DNA from: Candidatus Marinacidobacterales bacterium | GTDB taxonomy: Bacteria > Acidobacteriota > Vicinamibacteria > Marinacidobacterales > DATDRI01 | Length of the DNA stretch: 64,000 bases | Assembly (NCBI GenBank): GCA_965226495.1 | Contig: OZ245365.1 | Location: forward strand, 6,080,001-6,144,000 | Direction: 5' to 3' | Shown here: piece by piece, positions 20,796-30,314 of the stretch | Position numbering within the stretch: position 1 is the first letter of the stretch | Layout: each line of letters begins with the position of its first letter | Notes under the pieces: model-generated | What the model was told of the DNA's origin: nothing | The model's database searches: none | What the model saw: the letters and a program-made list of their open reading frames with translations, nothing else | Made by a program: the position numbers and the translations under genes

Positions 20796-20810
20796 CGTTG
20801 ATTAATTGGG

Positions 20811-21323
20811 CTAACGGACGATCTCGACCTTGCGCTCGAGATCGAGGGCACGGGCCCAGTTGTCGTAATAGGGACTATGTCGGTCGGCCATGTCGAGCAC
20901 CTTCATGACGTCTTCCTCGGGAGCGGTGCTCTCGAGTCTCACGACATAGCGGACCTTGTGGTAGCCAGGGGGTAACTCGTCGTGGCTGCCGAATCGGCCC
21001 CGTTCGTCGACGTCGGTGTGCACTTCGACTTCGATGTTGGACATGGGTACTTCGTATTTCGATGCCCAAAGAACATAGCCGATCGCCAGACATGCTCCGA
21101 AGGCGGCCCGCCCCAGGATGCCTGGAGTGGGGCCGGCGTCCTCGCCGCCCCCGGCCTTGGCCATGTCCGCGGTGAGCTTCCATGGGCCTTCCTCGATCTC
21201 ACATTTTAAGCCATCGACGAGTCGGGTTTTGGAGACCACTGTCCTTTGGCCGAGCGAAGGACGCACGTTGACCGCTTTCGCTTGCCGTTCGAAGGTTGTC
21301 TTGATGGTTTCTCGGTCTGCCAA
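20811..21323 (-). CDS. OsmC family protein
   Basis: GGEDAGPTPG, AAFGACL, DRHSP (second Cys replaced by Ser); TTG start with GGAGGT RBS. Confidence 0.85.
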   Translation of the reverse strand: MADRETIKTTFERQAKAVNVRPSLGQRTVVSKTRLVDGLKCEIEEGPWKLTADMAKAGGGEDAGPTPGILGRAAFGACLAIGYVLWASKYEVPMSNIEVEVHTDVDERGRFGSHDELPPGYHKVRYVVRLESTAPEEDVMKVLDMADRHSPYYDNWARALDLERKVEIVR

Positions 21324-21416
21324 ATTTCACCTCCAAGTGTGGGCGGCACATAAGATAACCTCAATGGCCGTCGGAGCGCCAGTCGCTCCGACTGTTTGCC
21401 GCTTTTCGGTCTTTTT

Positions 21417-21449
21417 GCCAGAATGGGGCCAGAATAGGGCCAGAATGGG
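21417..21449. repeat. Three tandem 11-bp direct repeats GCCAGAAT(G/A)GG in a divergent promoter region
   Basis: gccagaatggg gccagaatagg gccagaatggg. Confidence 0.85.
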
Positions 21450-21485
21450 ATCGCCCCGTTTGTTCCTGCCACAAGGAGAACTTTG

Positions 21486-22721
21486 ATGAAAGCCGCCTAT
21501 ATTATTGATGCCGTTCGCACTCCACGCGGAAGAGGGAAGCCCGGGAAGGGCGCACTGTCGGGAATTCACCCGCAAGAGCTTCTCGCGCAGGCGCTGGTAC
21601 AAATCGCCGCGCGGACGGAAATCGAGCCGAGCGAGGTCGAAGACGTCATAGTCGGCTGTGTTTCACAAGCTGGGGAGCAAGGCGCCAACGTGGCGCGGAA
21701 CGCCGTGCTCACCTCGGGTTGGCCGGTCGAGATTCCGGCGGTTTCTCTTAATCGTTTTTGCGCATCGGGTCTCCAGGCAGTGAATTTTGCCGCGATGGGT
21801 GTCGCGTCTGGCGCCCAGGATGTCGTCGTGGCGGGGGGTGTGGAGAGCATGTCGCGGGCGCCCATGGGATCGGATGGCGCTGGAGTGGACGGGAACAATC
21901 TCCGGCTCAGAGAGAAGCACTTTCAGGTTCCGCAAGGAATCAGCGCGGACCTGATCGCGTCGCGTGAGGGTTTCAGCCGCGAGGACGTGGACCGGTTCGC
22001 TCTCGAATCTCAGAAAAGGGCAGCTGCAGCGCAGAAGGATGGCCGCTTCGGCAAGAGTGTCTTCGCGGTGAAGGACCCGATGAGTGGCGAAGTGGTTTTG
22101 GAGGTCGATGAGCACCCTCGACCAGAGGCGACGCTAGAAGGTTTGGCGAGCCTCGATCCTGCTTTCGCCAAGCTGGGAAGCAAACCGGTTGGCCCGAACG
22201 GTGAGACCATGGACGAGATCGCTCTCGCCGTCTATCCCGAAGTGAAGACGATGAACCACGTGCATACAGCAGGTAACTCGAGCGGGATTGTGGACGGCGC
22301 GGGTGTGGTCTTGCTGGCGTCAGAGGATTACGTCAAGGCACATGGACTGAAACCGCGCGCAAAGATCCACGCTATCGCCGCGCTGGGCAGCGAGCCGATC
22401 ATCATGTTGACGGCACCTGCACCGACCTCCAAGAAGGCACTTGCCAAAGCTGGAATGAAGGCCTCCGATGTGGATCTGTGGGAGATCAACGAAGCCTTCG
22501 CCACCGTGCCGCTTCAGACTATCAAGGAGCTCGGCATCGATCACGAGCGCGTCAACGTGAACGGGGGTGCCATCGCTTTGGGGCACCCGCTAGGTGGCAC
22601 CGGCGCGATCTTGCTGGGCACCGCGCTCGACGAGCTCGAGCGGGCCAACCTCTCGACCGCCCTCGTGACGCTGTGTATCGGTGGTGGTCAGGGGGTCGCG
22701 ACGATTATCGAGCGAGTGTGA
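21486..22721 (+). CDS. Acetyl-CoA C-acyltransferase (thiolase)
   Basis: [24 protein letters not shown]. Confidence 0.95.
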   Translation: MKAAYIIDAVRTPRGRGKPGKGALSGIHPQELLAQALVQIAARTEIEPSEVEDVIVGCVSQAGEQGANVARNAVLTSGWPVEIPAVSLNRFCASGLQAVNFAAMGVASGAQDVVVAGGVESMSRAPMGSDGAGVDGNNLRLREKHFQVPQGISADLIASREGFSREDVDRFALESQKRAAAAQKDGRFGKSVFAVKDPMSGEVVLEVDEHPRPEATLEGLASLDPAFAKLGSKPVGPNGETMDEIALAVYPEVKTMNHVHTAGNSSGIVDGAGVVLLASEDYVKAHGLKPRAKIHAIAALGSEPIIMLTAPAPTSKKALAKAGMKASDVDLWEINEAFATVPLQTIKELGIDHERVNVNGGAIALGHPLGGTGAILLGTALDELERANLSTALVTLCIGGGQGVATIIERV

Positions 22722-22723
22722 AC

Positions 22724-23788
22724 TCACACACCGAGTTTTTGGGCGGCAAGCTTCGTCCCTTCCACTCGGGCTCGGATCTTTGCGAACGCCGTCTCCCGGG
22801 CGGTTGACATATCGTCGCCGAACGGAGAGAAACCGCAGTCGTCCGTCGTGCCGAGCCGCTCCAGTGGGATGAACTCGGCCGCTTCGAGAACGCGCTCCAT
22901 GACTTCCTCGGGGGCTTCGATCTCTGGGTTTATGGGATCGATCACGCCGACGAAGATCTTCTGACTGTCTCGGGAGTGCTCCTTGATGATGTCCAACACG
23001 CGCCGGCGATCGGGCTCACTGGCGAGCTGGATGTAGAAATTTCCTACGTCGAGCTCGAACAGGGTTGGTAGTAAGTCGGCGTAATCGACATCGGCGCTAT
23101 GGGTCGAGTCCTGATCGCCACCCGGGCAGGTATGAATTCCGATCCGTTGTCTCTCCTCAGGCGAGAAGCGCTCTGTCACTTGGGCGTTCAGGGCGATAAA
23201 GTTATTCATGACGCCCTTCGAGGGATCGAGCTTCACCGATAGTCTTCCCTCGGTGAAATCGATCTGAACTTTCTCGGCACCTTGGTCGAGACAACGACGA
23301 ATGTCCTTCTCGGCCTCTCCGACGAGGTCGTTCAAGAACTCAGCGCCCGAGTATCCTTTGATCCCGTCTTGCGGATAGAGAAGGCTCAAGGCAGAGGCGG
23401 AAATGACCGCTTGCTTCACCGGAACGTGAGCGTGCTTTTTAGCTTCTTCCAAATACCGATCGGCAAAGGTTTGATACCGGAAGGGGCCAGCGGTCAGCAG
23501 CGGGAGCTGACGCGTATGGCCGTCCTTGAAGGGAATCGTGACTCCGCCCGGCGCGAGGGTCTCGAGTCCGTGGATGGGGTAGGTCGCAAAACTCGGTTTC
23601 GTCTGCTCACCGTCGGTGATGATGGGGGAACCGGTGGCCTCGAACTGTTCGATGGTGTCGCGCACCGCCTGGTCGAAAAGGGCGTTTAGCTCCTCTTGCG
23701 AGATGCTTCCGGCGCCGAACGCCTGCATCCCTTCGATGAGAGCCTTTGGTCTTGGAATGCTGCCGATGGGCTCAGTCGGGATCGTCAT
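22724..23788 (-). CDS. Cobalamin-independent methionine synthase II family (single barrel)
   Basis: TEPIGSIPRP, TDGEQ, GIHTC, DDCGF zinc ligands. Confidence 0.88.
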   Translation of the reverse strand: MTIPTEPIGSIPRPKALIEGMQAFGAGSISQEELNALFDQAVRDTIEQFEATGSPIITDGEQTKPSFATYPIHGLETLAPGGVTIPFKDGHTRQLPLLTAGPFRYQTFADRYLEEAKKHAHVPVKQAVISASALSLLYPQDGIKGYSGAEFLNDLVGEAEKDIRRCLDQGAEKVQIDFTEGRLSVKLDPSKGVMNNFIALNAQVTERFSPEERQRIGIHTCPGGDQDSTHSADVDYADLLPTLFELDVGNFYIQLASEPDRRRVLDIIKEHSRDSQKIFVGVIDPINPEIEAPEEVMERVLEAAEFIPLERLGTTDDCGFSPFGDDMSTARETAFAKIRARVEGTKLAAQKLGV

Positions 23789-23800
23789 TTTTAGAAACCT

Positions 23801-25162
23801 CTAGTAGACAACCAGCTCCAAGATTTCTAGGAGCCGTCTCACTCCCTGTTTCAACGACTCGACGGGCACGCGCTCGTCGTTTCCGTGGACGGTTTTGTCG
23901 AGCTCGGCTGGGACGATCGTGGGGTCGAAGCCGTAGCTCACGATGCCGAGGTCGCGAAAGAAGTGGCTGTCTGTGAATCCGGTGGAGACCATAGGGATGA
24001 CATCCGCCTCGGGATAGTGTTCCTCGACCACGGTTCGGATGGCGCGATAGAGCTCGGTGTCGGTCGTTGAGACGGCGGGTGTGAAACCCATGATTTTCTC
24101 GATCCGAATCTTGGGGTCGTTGACAATGGATTCGAGAAGCGCGATGAACTCGTCATGGTCTTGATCGGGCAACAAGCGGCAATCGATCTCGGCCGTCGCT
24201 TCCGGCGGAACGACATTGATCTTGTTGCTTCCTTCGAGCCGGGTGATGGTGCAGGTGTTTCGAGTGAGTGCGTGAAGGAATGGGTTATCGAGTTGGAGCT
24301 GGAGTAGAAATTCGGGATCCTTGATGGCTTGTCCGAGGCTGGCAAACTGCTGGCGGCGCTCTCCCTCTTGTTTTTCCGCCAGGCCTTCGAAGTAGATTTG
24401 AACCGATGGCACGATACGAGGTTGGAACTCGTAGTCATCGATTCTGGTGAGCGCTCCGAGGAGACGGCTGACCGATGAGGTGACGTGCGGGGTCGAGCCG
24501 TGGCTGGGTTCTCCCGAAGCTACAAGGCGAAGCCACAGCGGGACTTTCTGTGTGACCTCGACACCGAAGACGAGGCTATCGCCGTCGCGGCTTCCACCTC
24601 CTCCCTCGTTGAGAAGGAGCCCGACGTTTTCGAAGAGCTCGGATCGATTCTCGACCAGCCAACCGGCTCCGTAGAAGCCTCCGGCCTCCTCGTCCGCGGT
24701 GGCTACAAAGAGCACGTCGCGACGCAGCGGCTTTCCCGCCCGATGGAGGGCGAGAAAGGCCTGGAACTGCAACATGCCGGTGCTTTTCATGTCGAGAGCA
24801 CCGCGCCCATAGAGCTCGCCATTGCGAATCTCACCGGAGAGCGGGTCGGTGCTCCAGTAGTCTTCGTCTGCAGGGACGACGTCGGTGTGGTTCAGCAAAA
24901 CAAGCGTCGGCTCGCCGCCGCCCTTCAAACGAGCCCAGATGTTTCCTCGGCCGGGGGCGGACTCGGCGGTCTCGTAGGGAATCCCTTCGGCTTCGAGTAG
25001 CTTGGCGAAAAACTCAACTGCTCGCGATTCGTTGCCGGGCGGGTTGATCGTATCGACTCGGAGATACTCCTGAAGGCGAGAAACTGTCTCGTCTTCGAGC
25101 GATTGCGAGAACGCAAACGATGAGGAGAGTAGAAGCGCTAAAACCCACACGAACCTTTTCAC
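23801..25162 (-). CDS. Secreted M20/M25/M40 family peptidase
   Basis: GTG start plus signal peptide; NHTDVV, GRGALDMK, ADEEAGG, NEGG, HGNDER. Confidence 0.9.
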   Translation of the reverse strand: MKRFVWVLALLLSSSFAFSQSLEDETVSRLQEYLRVDTINPPGNESRAVEFFAKLLEAEGIPYETAESAPGRGNIWARLKGGGEPTLVLLNHTDVVPADEDYWSTDPLSGEIRNGELYGRGALDMKSTGMLQFQAFLALHRAGKPLRRDVLFVATADEEAGGFYGAGWLVENRSELFENVGLLLNEGGGGSRDGDSLVFGVEVTQKVPLWLRLVASGEPSHGSTPHVTSSVSRLLGALTRIDDYEFQPRIVPSVQIYFEGLAEKQEGERRQQFASLGQAIKDPEFLLQLQLDNPFLHALTRNTCTITRLEGSNKINVVPPEATAEIDCRLLPDQDHDEFIALLESIVNDPKIRIEKIMGFTPAVSTTDTELYRAIRTVVEEHYPEADVIPMVSTGFTDSHFFRDLGIVSYGFDPTIVPAELDKTVHGNDERVPVESLKQGVRRLLEILELVVY

Positions 25163-25179
25163 AACCGTGCTCCCGGCTT

Positions 25180-25280
25180 CATCTCGTCGGGTAGGAACTT
25201 GAGCGCCACGTGGCGTCCCAAGGGGGGAATCCTCGGTTTCGTAGACGATTCCCATGCTTCCTCCGCCGATCAATTTCAGT
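25180..25280 (-). pseudogene. Degraded Ser/Thr protein kinase N-terminal remnant
   Basis: KLIGGGSMGIVYETEDSPLG, then after a 1-nt shift RHVALKFLPDE. Confidence 0.7.
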
Positions 25281-25354
25281 GGACCCTTCAAGGGTCGGTA
25301 TTATAGTCCATTGGAGCATTGCCCGATGGCAACGGGTCAGCCGCAGAGGACTCT

Positions 25355-25389
25355 GTCCGGACCGAGTAGCTTAAGGAATTACTTGAGGT
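25355..25389. repeat. 35-bp direct repeat, copy 1
   Basis: gtccggaccgagtagcttaaggaattacttgaggt; 34/35 identical to 29451..29485. Confidence 0.9.
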
Positions 25390-25395
25390 AACGAA

Positions 25396-27261
25396 TCACT
25401 CGGGGTAGTTGATCCGGCGCAGAAGGTCTCGGAACCGCGGGTCGGCGCGCAAGCTATCGAAGCTGGGATCGACTCTAGACAAGGTCACCAGGATTTCCCT
25501 CTGCTCGAGCGCCTTGTCGAGCCAATCGAAGGCACGATCCGCGTCGCCTAACGCTGCGTAAATCTGCGCCATGCTCGACGCTCCACCCCCCATCTCGCGT
25601 TGAGGTGGCCGCTCGATCAGCGCCGGGAGCAGCGCCTCGGCTTCGGCGCGTCGGCCCGTCATGGCGAGCCCCCAGGCCATTTGCGCTACATAGGGTGGTG
25701 AGTTTGATATTTCGAGTGCGTTGCGAAATTGTCCAATACCTTTGTCGTGCTGTCCCGAAAAGACGTAGGCCCGTCCAAGAAGCGAGTGGTTGTGGGGGCC
25801 CGCAGGGTTGAGTTCGAGAACTTGTTGCATTTGCGCTATGGCGTGTTCATATTCCCGAGCCATGATGTAGATCAGGACCAAGTTGGCTTTTAGCGGTAGA
25901 ACCAGCGGGTCGAGCTCCTCGGCTCGTCTGCCCATGGCAATGGCTTCGCCGTGGCGCCCGGCCGCGGATAGGTAGAGAGAATAACCGTGATACACATCGC
26001 CCGAGCTGGGGTTTAGCTCGATCGCCCGTTGGTAGTGCGTTTCAGCGTCCAACCAGTTCCAGTCGAGTTGATGGATCGTAAACGCTAGCGAGTAGTGAGC
26101 TTCGGCCACCGTGTCGTCAATCCTGAGTGCTTCGGCTGCGGTTGCTTTCGCCTTTGGGTAATACTCTGGGAAGCCCCACACGCCTAGCCAATGGTACGAG
26201 AACGCTAGACCAGCGTAGGCCGGCGCGAAAGCAGGCGCTTTGGCGATCGCTCTCTGGAAGTAGTCGAAGCTCTTTTGGTGCGATTGGACCCGCTGTTCCA
26301 CGTTCCGCTCGTGGATCGCCGCGTTGAAATAGAAAAGCGCCTTCAAGTAGGCTTGACTAGCCTCTGGGTCGATGGGCGCTGCGCGCGCCAAACGCGTCTC
26401 GTCCTGGGGTGTCAGGTTTACCCGAATCTCGTTCGCAATCGTGTGTGCCACGTCACTCTGCAATAACAGAACATCCCGCAAATCGCGCTCGTAATTCTCC
26501 GTCCAGAGGTGCTGCTCGGTGGACGCGTCGATGAGCTGCGCCGTGATCCGCACTCGATCCCCAACCCGTAGTGCTGAGCCCTGCACGATCGCGTCTACAC
26601 CGAGCTCCCGTGCTATTTCGGGCAAGGCTTTGTTCGAGCTCTTGTACCGCATAGCGGAAGTGCGGGAGATGACCTTCAGGCTACTTATCTTAGCGAGATC
26701 AGCGATGAGCAGGTCGGTCATCCCGTCCGCGAAGTATTCGTCCTCTGGATTGCCGGACGTATTCTGTAGGGGGAGGACGGCGATCGATCTAATCTGTTCC
26801 GAAGGAGCTTGACCCGCGAGCCGGTCTCGCAGGCCGCCTACGTTGAGCCCGATGACGATCGCGGCCGTCGCACAGAGCAAGACCGCGGTGGTTAGTACCG
26901 GGTTCCATCTTCTTCCTTCAGAGTGCGCTAAATGCTCGACGCCATCAACGACGCCGATGAACCGATAACCCCGGCGGGCCACCGTCTCGATATAGCGGGG
27001 CTTCTCGGCGGAATCACCGAGCGCCGTGCGGAGCTTTCCGATAGCGGTGTTGAGGCCCCTTTCGAAGTCTACAAACGTATCGTCGGGCCAAAGCCGCTTC
27101 GTGACCTCCTCGCGGCTGACCATTTCGCCGGGCTGTTCCAGGAGGATTTCCAGTATCTGAAAGGGCTTTTCCTGGAGCTTGACCTTGTGGCCGTGCTTGA
27201 GGAGCTCGCCGGCGCGCAGATCCACGTCGAAATCGTCGAATCGGAGAGTTCGGTTTGCCAC
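25396..27261 (-). CDS. OmpR/CadC-type wHTH + TM + TolB-N-like + TPR regulator
   Basis: LQEKPF..L.ILLE, LNTAIGKLRTALGD, YIETVARRGYRF; SIAVLPL; TPRs; RADPRF; GTG start inferred. Confidence 0.88.
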   Translation of the reverse strand: MANRTLRFDDFDVDLRAGELLKHGHKVKLQEKPFQILEILLEQPGEMVSREEVTKRLWPDDTFVDFERGLNTAIGKLRTALGDSAEKPRYIETVARRGYRFIGVVDGVEHLAHSEGRRWNPVLTTAVLLCATAAIVIGLNVGGLRDRLAGQAPSEQIRSIAVLPLQNTSGNPEDEYFADGMTDLLIADLAKISSLKVISRTSAMRYKSSNKALPEIARELGVDAIVQGSALRVGDRVRITAQLIDASTEQHLWTENYERDLRDVLLLQSDVAHTIANEIRVNLTPQDETRLARAAPIDPEASQAYLKALFYFNAAIHERNVEQRVQSHQKSFDYFQRAIAKAPAFAPAYAGLAFSYHWLGVWGFPEYYPKAKATAAEALRIDDTVAEAHYSLAFTIHQLDWNWLDAETHYQRAIELNPSSGDVYHGYSLYLSAAGRHGEAIAMGRRAEELDPLVLPLKANLVLIYIMAREYEHAIAQMQQVLELNPAGPHNHSLLGRAYVFSGQHDKGIGQFRNALEISNSPPYVAQMAWGLAMTGRRAEAEALLPALIERPPQREMGGGASSMAQIYAALGDADRAFDWLDKALEQREILVTLSRVDPSFDSLRADPRFRDLLRRINYPE

Positions 27262-27266
27262 GTAGT

Positions 27267-29375
27267 TCAACTCGTCCCGGGATCGGAACGCGAATACTTC
27301 TTCACGAGCTGCTCGTAGCCGGGATGGTCGCGCAACGGATCCCACAATGGATCCAACTCAAGCCGGGCTACCGACATGATGTCTGACGGGATACTGAGCA
27401 GGGTGTCGAGCTCCTCCAAAGCAGCATCGTCATGTCCAAGCATCGTATAGATCAGCGCCAAGTCGCGCACGCGTGCGTGCCCGCGATCGGGATCGACCTC
27501 AACCGGGACTAAATTGACGGCCTCCTGACCCGCTGCCATGGCTTCCTTCGCGTGACCAAGGCCGGCATGAGCGATCCCGAGGGCACTGTGGATTCGCGGA
27601 TCCCTCGGCCGGTCGCGTAGCTCTGTTTCGAGAACCGCTAGTGCGTCTGCGTAGGCAGAGTCCGCCATGTCTTCCTCGCCAAGTAGTTCGTAAGTTTGAG
27701 CGGCGAGCAGCGCCTTAGGATAGAACCACGTCACCAGATTAAAGGCTTCCTGGGGGGCGGAGCTCACCTTGTCTAGGGCTTCCTCGAACTTTCTTTCGAA
27801 AAGCAGCTGCCGCCACCAGAGCGCCACAGCTACGTCCTGGCTTTGATCTGGAAGCGACGAGACGGCGTCCCGAGCTCTGTCTAAGTCACCCTTCAGCCAA
27901 CTGTTCATTGCGATGAAGATGTGTGTGACGGTCTCCTCGGGGGCGATCGTGAGAAGCAACTCGAGGTAGTGATCGGCCTCCGGGTAACGTCGGAGGCTGT
28001 ACAGTGTCCTTGCAATGTCGGCAGCCAAAGCCTCGTTTCGGGGGTCGAGCCCGTAGGCTTGCTTGAGTCCTGCCAGAGCTTCGTCGAAGTGACCCTGACG
28101 TTTCTTTACGTGAGCCACGAGCCGATAAACAACCGTGTTGTTGGGCAGGCCGTCCGCAGCTATCGTGACCTCCTCCATCGCGCGCGGATAATCACTGTAG
28201 CCCCAAAGGTAAAGGATCCCTTGTGCCCGGTGCGTCTCTGGAAGATCGGGGTCGATATCGAACGCGCGCGCCAACGCCTGTTCCGCGAGCTCGAGTCTTC
28301 CTGGTGAGGGATCGTGACGGTAGAACCAGGCGTGAGCGTTCGCCAGCTCGGCATAGGCTTTTGCAAAGCGGGGATCGAGTTCCACGGCCTTCTCTAGCCA
28401 CTCGATAGCAAGCCGGGCGTCCTCCACCGGAGGAACCCACATATGGGTCAGCCCGCGGACATAGGCCTGGTAGGCTTCCGGGTTATCCGTCGGATTCGTG
28501 TCGAGGGACTTCTGCTCCGCCGCCAGCAAGTTCACGCCGAGCTGATCGATTACCTTCCGCGCGATGTCCGTTTGCAGGCGGAAGATGTCATCCGTCGCTC
28601 CCTCGTATGGCTCCGACCAGATCTGGGTATCATCGGAAACCCGGATGAGTTGCGGCGTGACACGCACGTGACCCTCTCGCCAACGGACGGTGCCTCCCAG
28701 GATGTAGTGAACGTCAAGCTCTTCGCCGATCTGCTGAGTGCGCTTGTCCGTATTCTTGTACTTGATAGCGCTGTTTCGCGAGATCACGCCGATCGCTCTG
28801 ACGACCGCCAGGTGACTGGTGATCTCCTGGGTCATCCCTTCGGCGAAGTAATGATCTTCCGGTTGTCCCAGGTCTTCGAAGGGCAGGACTACGATCTTGG
28901 GACGCTCCGTCGTTTGAATCGGAGGAGAGGTGCGCCAGAGGAGTAGGTAGCCCGCGATCGCTGCAACGACTGCAGCAGCCACGACGGTAACGATGGCGGT
29001 CTTGCGGTTGGAGGATGGTCTGTCTATGGGACCAACCGACGGGTCGATGGAGCCGATGAACCGGTAACCCCGGCGGGCCACGGTCTCGATGTAGCGGGGC
29101 TTCTCGGCGGAATCCCCGAGCGCGGTGCGGAGCTTTCCTATGGCGGTGTTGAGACCTCTCTCGAAATCCACGAACGTGTCGTCCGGCCATAGCCGCTTGG
29201 TGAGCTCCTCCCGGTCGATCATGTGCCCGGGCCGTTCTAGGAGGATGGCTAGAATCTCAAACGGCTTTTCTTGAAGCTTGACTTTGCGTCCGCGCCGGTG
29301 GAGCTCGGCGGAGTGAAGGTCGACCTCGAAATCGCCGAAACGGAGGGTGTCCGAGGGCTCAACGCTAGGTTTCAT
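27267..29375 (-). CDS. OmpR/CadC-type wHTH + TM + TolB-N-like + TPR regulator (paralog)
   Basis: Near-identical wHTH; IVVLPFEDLG; TPRs; LDPLWDPLRDHP. Confidence 0.9.
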   Translation of the reverse strand: MKPSVEPSDTLRFGDFEVDLHSAELHRRGRKVKLQEKPFEILAILLERPGHMIDREELTKRLWPDDTFVDFERGLNTAIGKLRTALGDSAEKPRYIETVARRGYRFIGSIDPSVGPIDRPSSNRKTAIVTVVAAAVVAAIAGYLLLWRTSPPIQTTERPKIVVLPFEDLGQPEDHYFAEGMTQEITSHLAVVRAIGVISRNSAIKYKNTDKRTQQIGEELDVHYILGGTVRWREGHVRVTPQLIRVSDDTQIWSEPYEGATDDIFRLQTDIARKVIDQLGVNLLAAEQKSLDTNPTDNPEAYQAYVRGLTHMWVPPVEDARLAIEWLEKAVELDPRFAKAYAELANAHAWFYRHDPSPGRLELAEQALARAFDIDPDLPETHRAQGILYLWGYSDYPRAMEEVTIAADGLPNNTVVYRLVAHVKKRQGHFDEALAGLKQAYGLDPRNEALAADIARTLYSLRRYPEADHYLELLLTIAPEETVTHIFIAMNSWLKGDLDRARDAVSSLPDQSQDVAVALWWRQLLFERKFEEALDKVSSAPQEAFNLVTWFYPKALLAAQTYELLGEEDMADSAYADALAVLETELRDRPRDPRIHSALGIAHAGLGHAKEAMAAGQEAVNLVPVEVDPDRGHARVRDLALIYTMLGHDDAALEELDTLLSIPSDIMSVARLELDPLWDPLRDHPGYEQLVKKYSRSDPGTS

Positions 29376-29450
29376 GAGGCTGGCCGCCTGCTCGCGCTCA
29401 ATCTACACCCTGGGAGCCGTCGGCGTCGAGCCTATCCGCTGAACGAACTC

Positions 29451-29485
29451 GTCCGGACCGAGTCGCTTAAGGAATTACTTGAGGT
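29451..29485. repeat. 35-bp direct repeat, copy 2
   Basis: gtccggaccgagtcgcttaaggaattacttgaggt. Confidence 0.9.
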
Positions 29486-29669
29486 CGACCGCCCTCGAGG
29501 CGGTTCGAAGATCTCAACTCCCGCTCATCCGATCAGCCCTCCAGAAACCACAGTCTCTTTATTTTTAGTCACTTAGAAGGTTATCCGCAGTTTAGCGACG
29601 GATCGCTCGCGGTCCATTTATGCCTGCCCGCCCCTGTCCCACATTGGCCTCAGTTCAAAGGAGGCGGTC

Positions 29670-30314
29670 ATGGACAGGAAATTCCGAGGGCGTGGACGGC
29701 AGCAGTTAGCAGTTATCTTACTAGTCGGTCTGGGCGTACTTGCGCAGGGTCAGGCCGCTCGAGCGGACGAGGAGCTTCAGCTCCGATTGGTGTGGGTCAA
29801 TGCGGCTACCGAATTCCCTTTGGCATTCGACCTAATGTCCGGAGAGGTGGATTTCATTTTCGCCGGCATGGAAATCGAGGTGGTGTGGAGTGACACGACT
29901 TCCGCCCTTCTCGACCAGGACATTCCGACGCTGAGGGTCGTCCTCACACCGACCGAACCTTCGACTTGGGGACTGGGAGAGGAGACGATGGGGGTGGCGC
30001 CGCGTGCCGGCGGGAACGGCGCATCGATCTACATCTTTCTGGGGAGCATTCTGCGAGTGCTGGGATTCGACCTAGACGGTGATCGGCGGATGAGTCCCGA
30101 GGACCGGCGGGCCATAGCACGCGCGGTCGCTAGGGTCGTAGCCCATGAAGTGATTCACGTTCTCGATGAACACCCGGGGCACGCTTCCCGAGGTATCGTC
30201 AGTCCGAAGCTGGACCGAGACTTCCTTAGTCAGCCAAAAGTGCAATTGTGGCCCGCGACAGCGCGGATGGTTCGCGCTGGGTTGCTTGCTTTATCTCAGA
30301 AACCGAGGACGTAG
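29670..30314 (+). CDS. Secreted hypothetical protein with HExxH zincin-like motif
   Basis: AAGGAGG RBS, signal peptide, ARVVAHEVIHVL...HASRGIV. Confidence 0.75.
   Translation: MDRKFRGRGRQQLAVILLVGLGVLAQGQAARADEELQLRLVWVNAATEFPLAFDLMSGEVDFIFAGMEIEVVWSDTTSALLDQDIPTLRVVLTPTEPSTWGLGEETMGVAPRAGGNGASIYIFLGSILRVLGFDLDGDRRMSPEDRRAIARAVARVVAHEVIHVLDEHPGHASRGIVSPKLDRDFLSQPKVQLWPATARMVRAGLLALSQKPRT

Noticed and set aside
29554-29576. AT-rich motif resembling those at 42838 and 58861 (possible att sites)
   Set aside because: Only loose IHF-like similarity; no integrase or tRNA and no exact repeat pair
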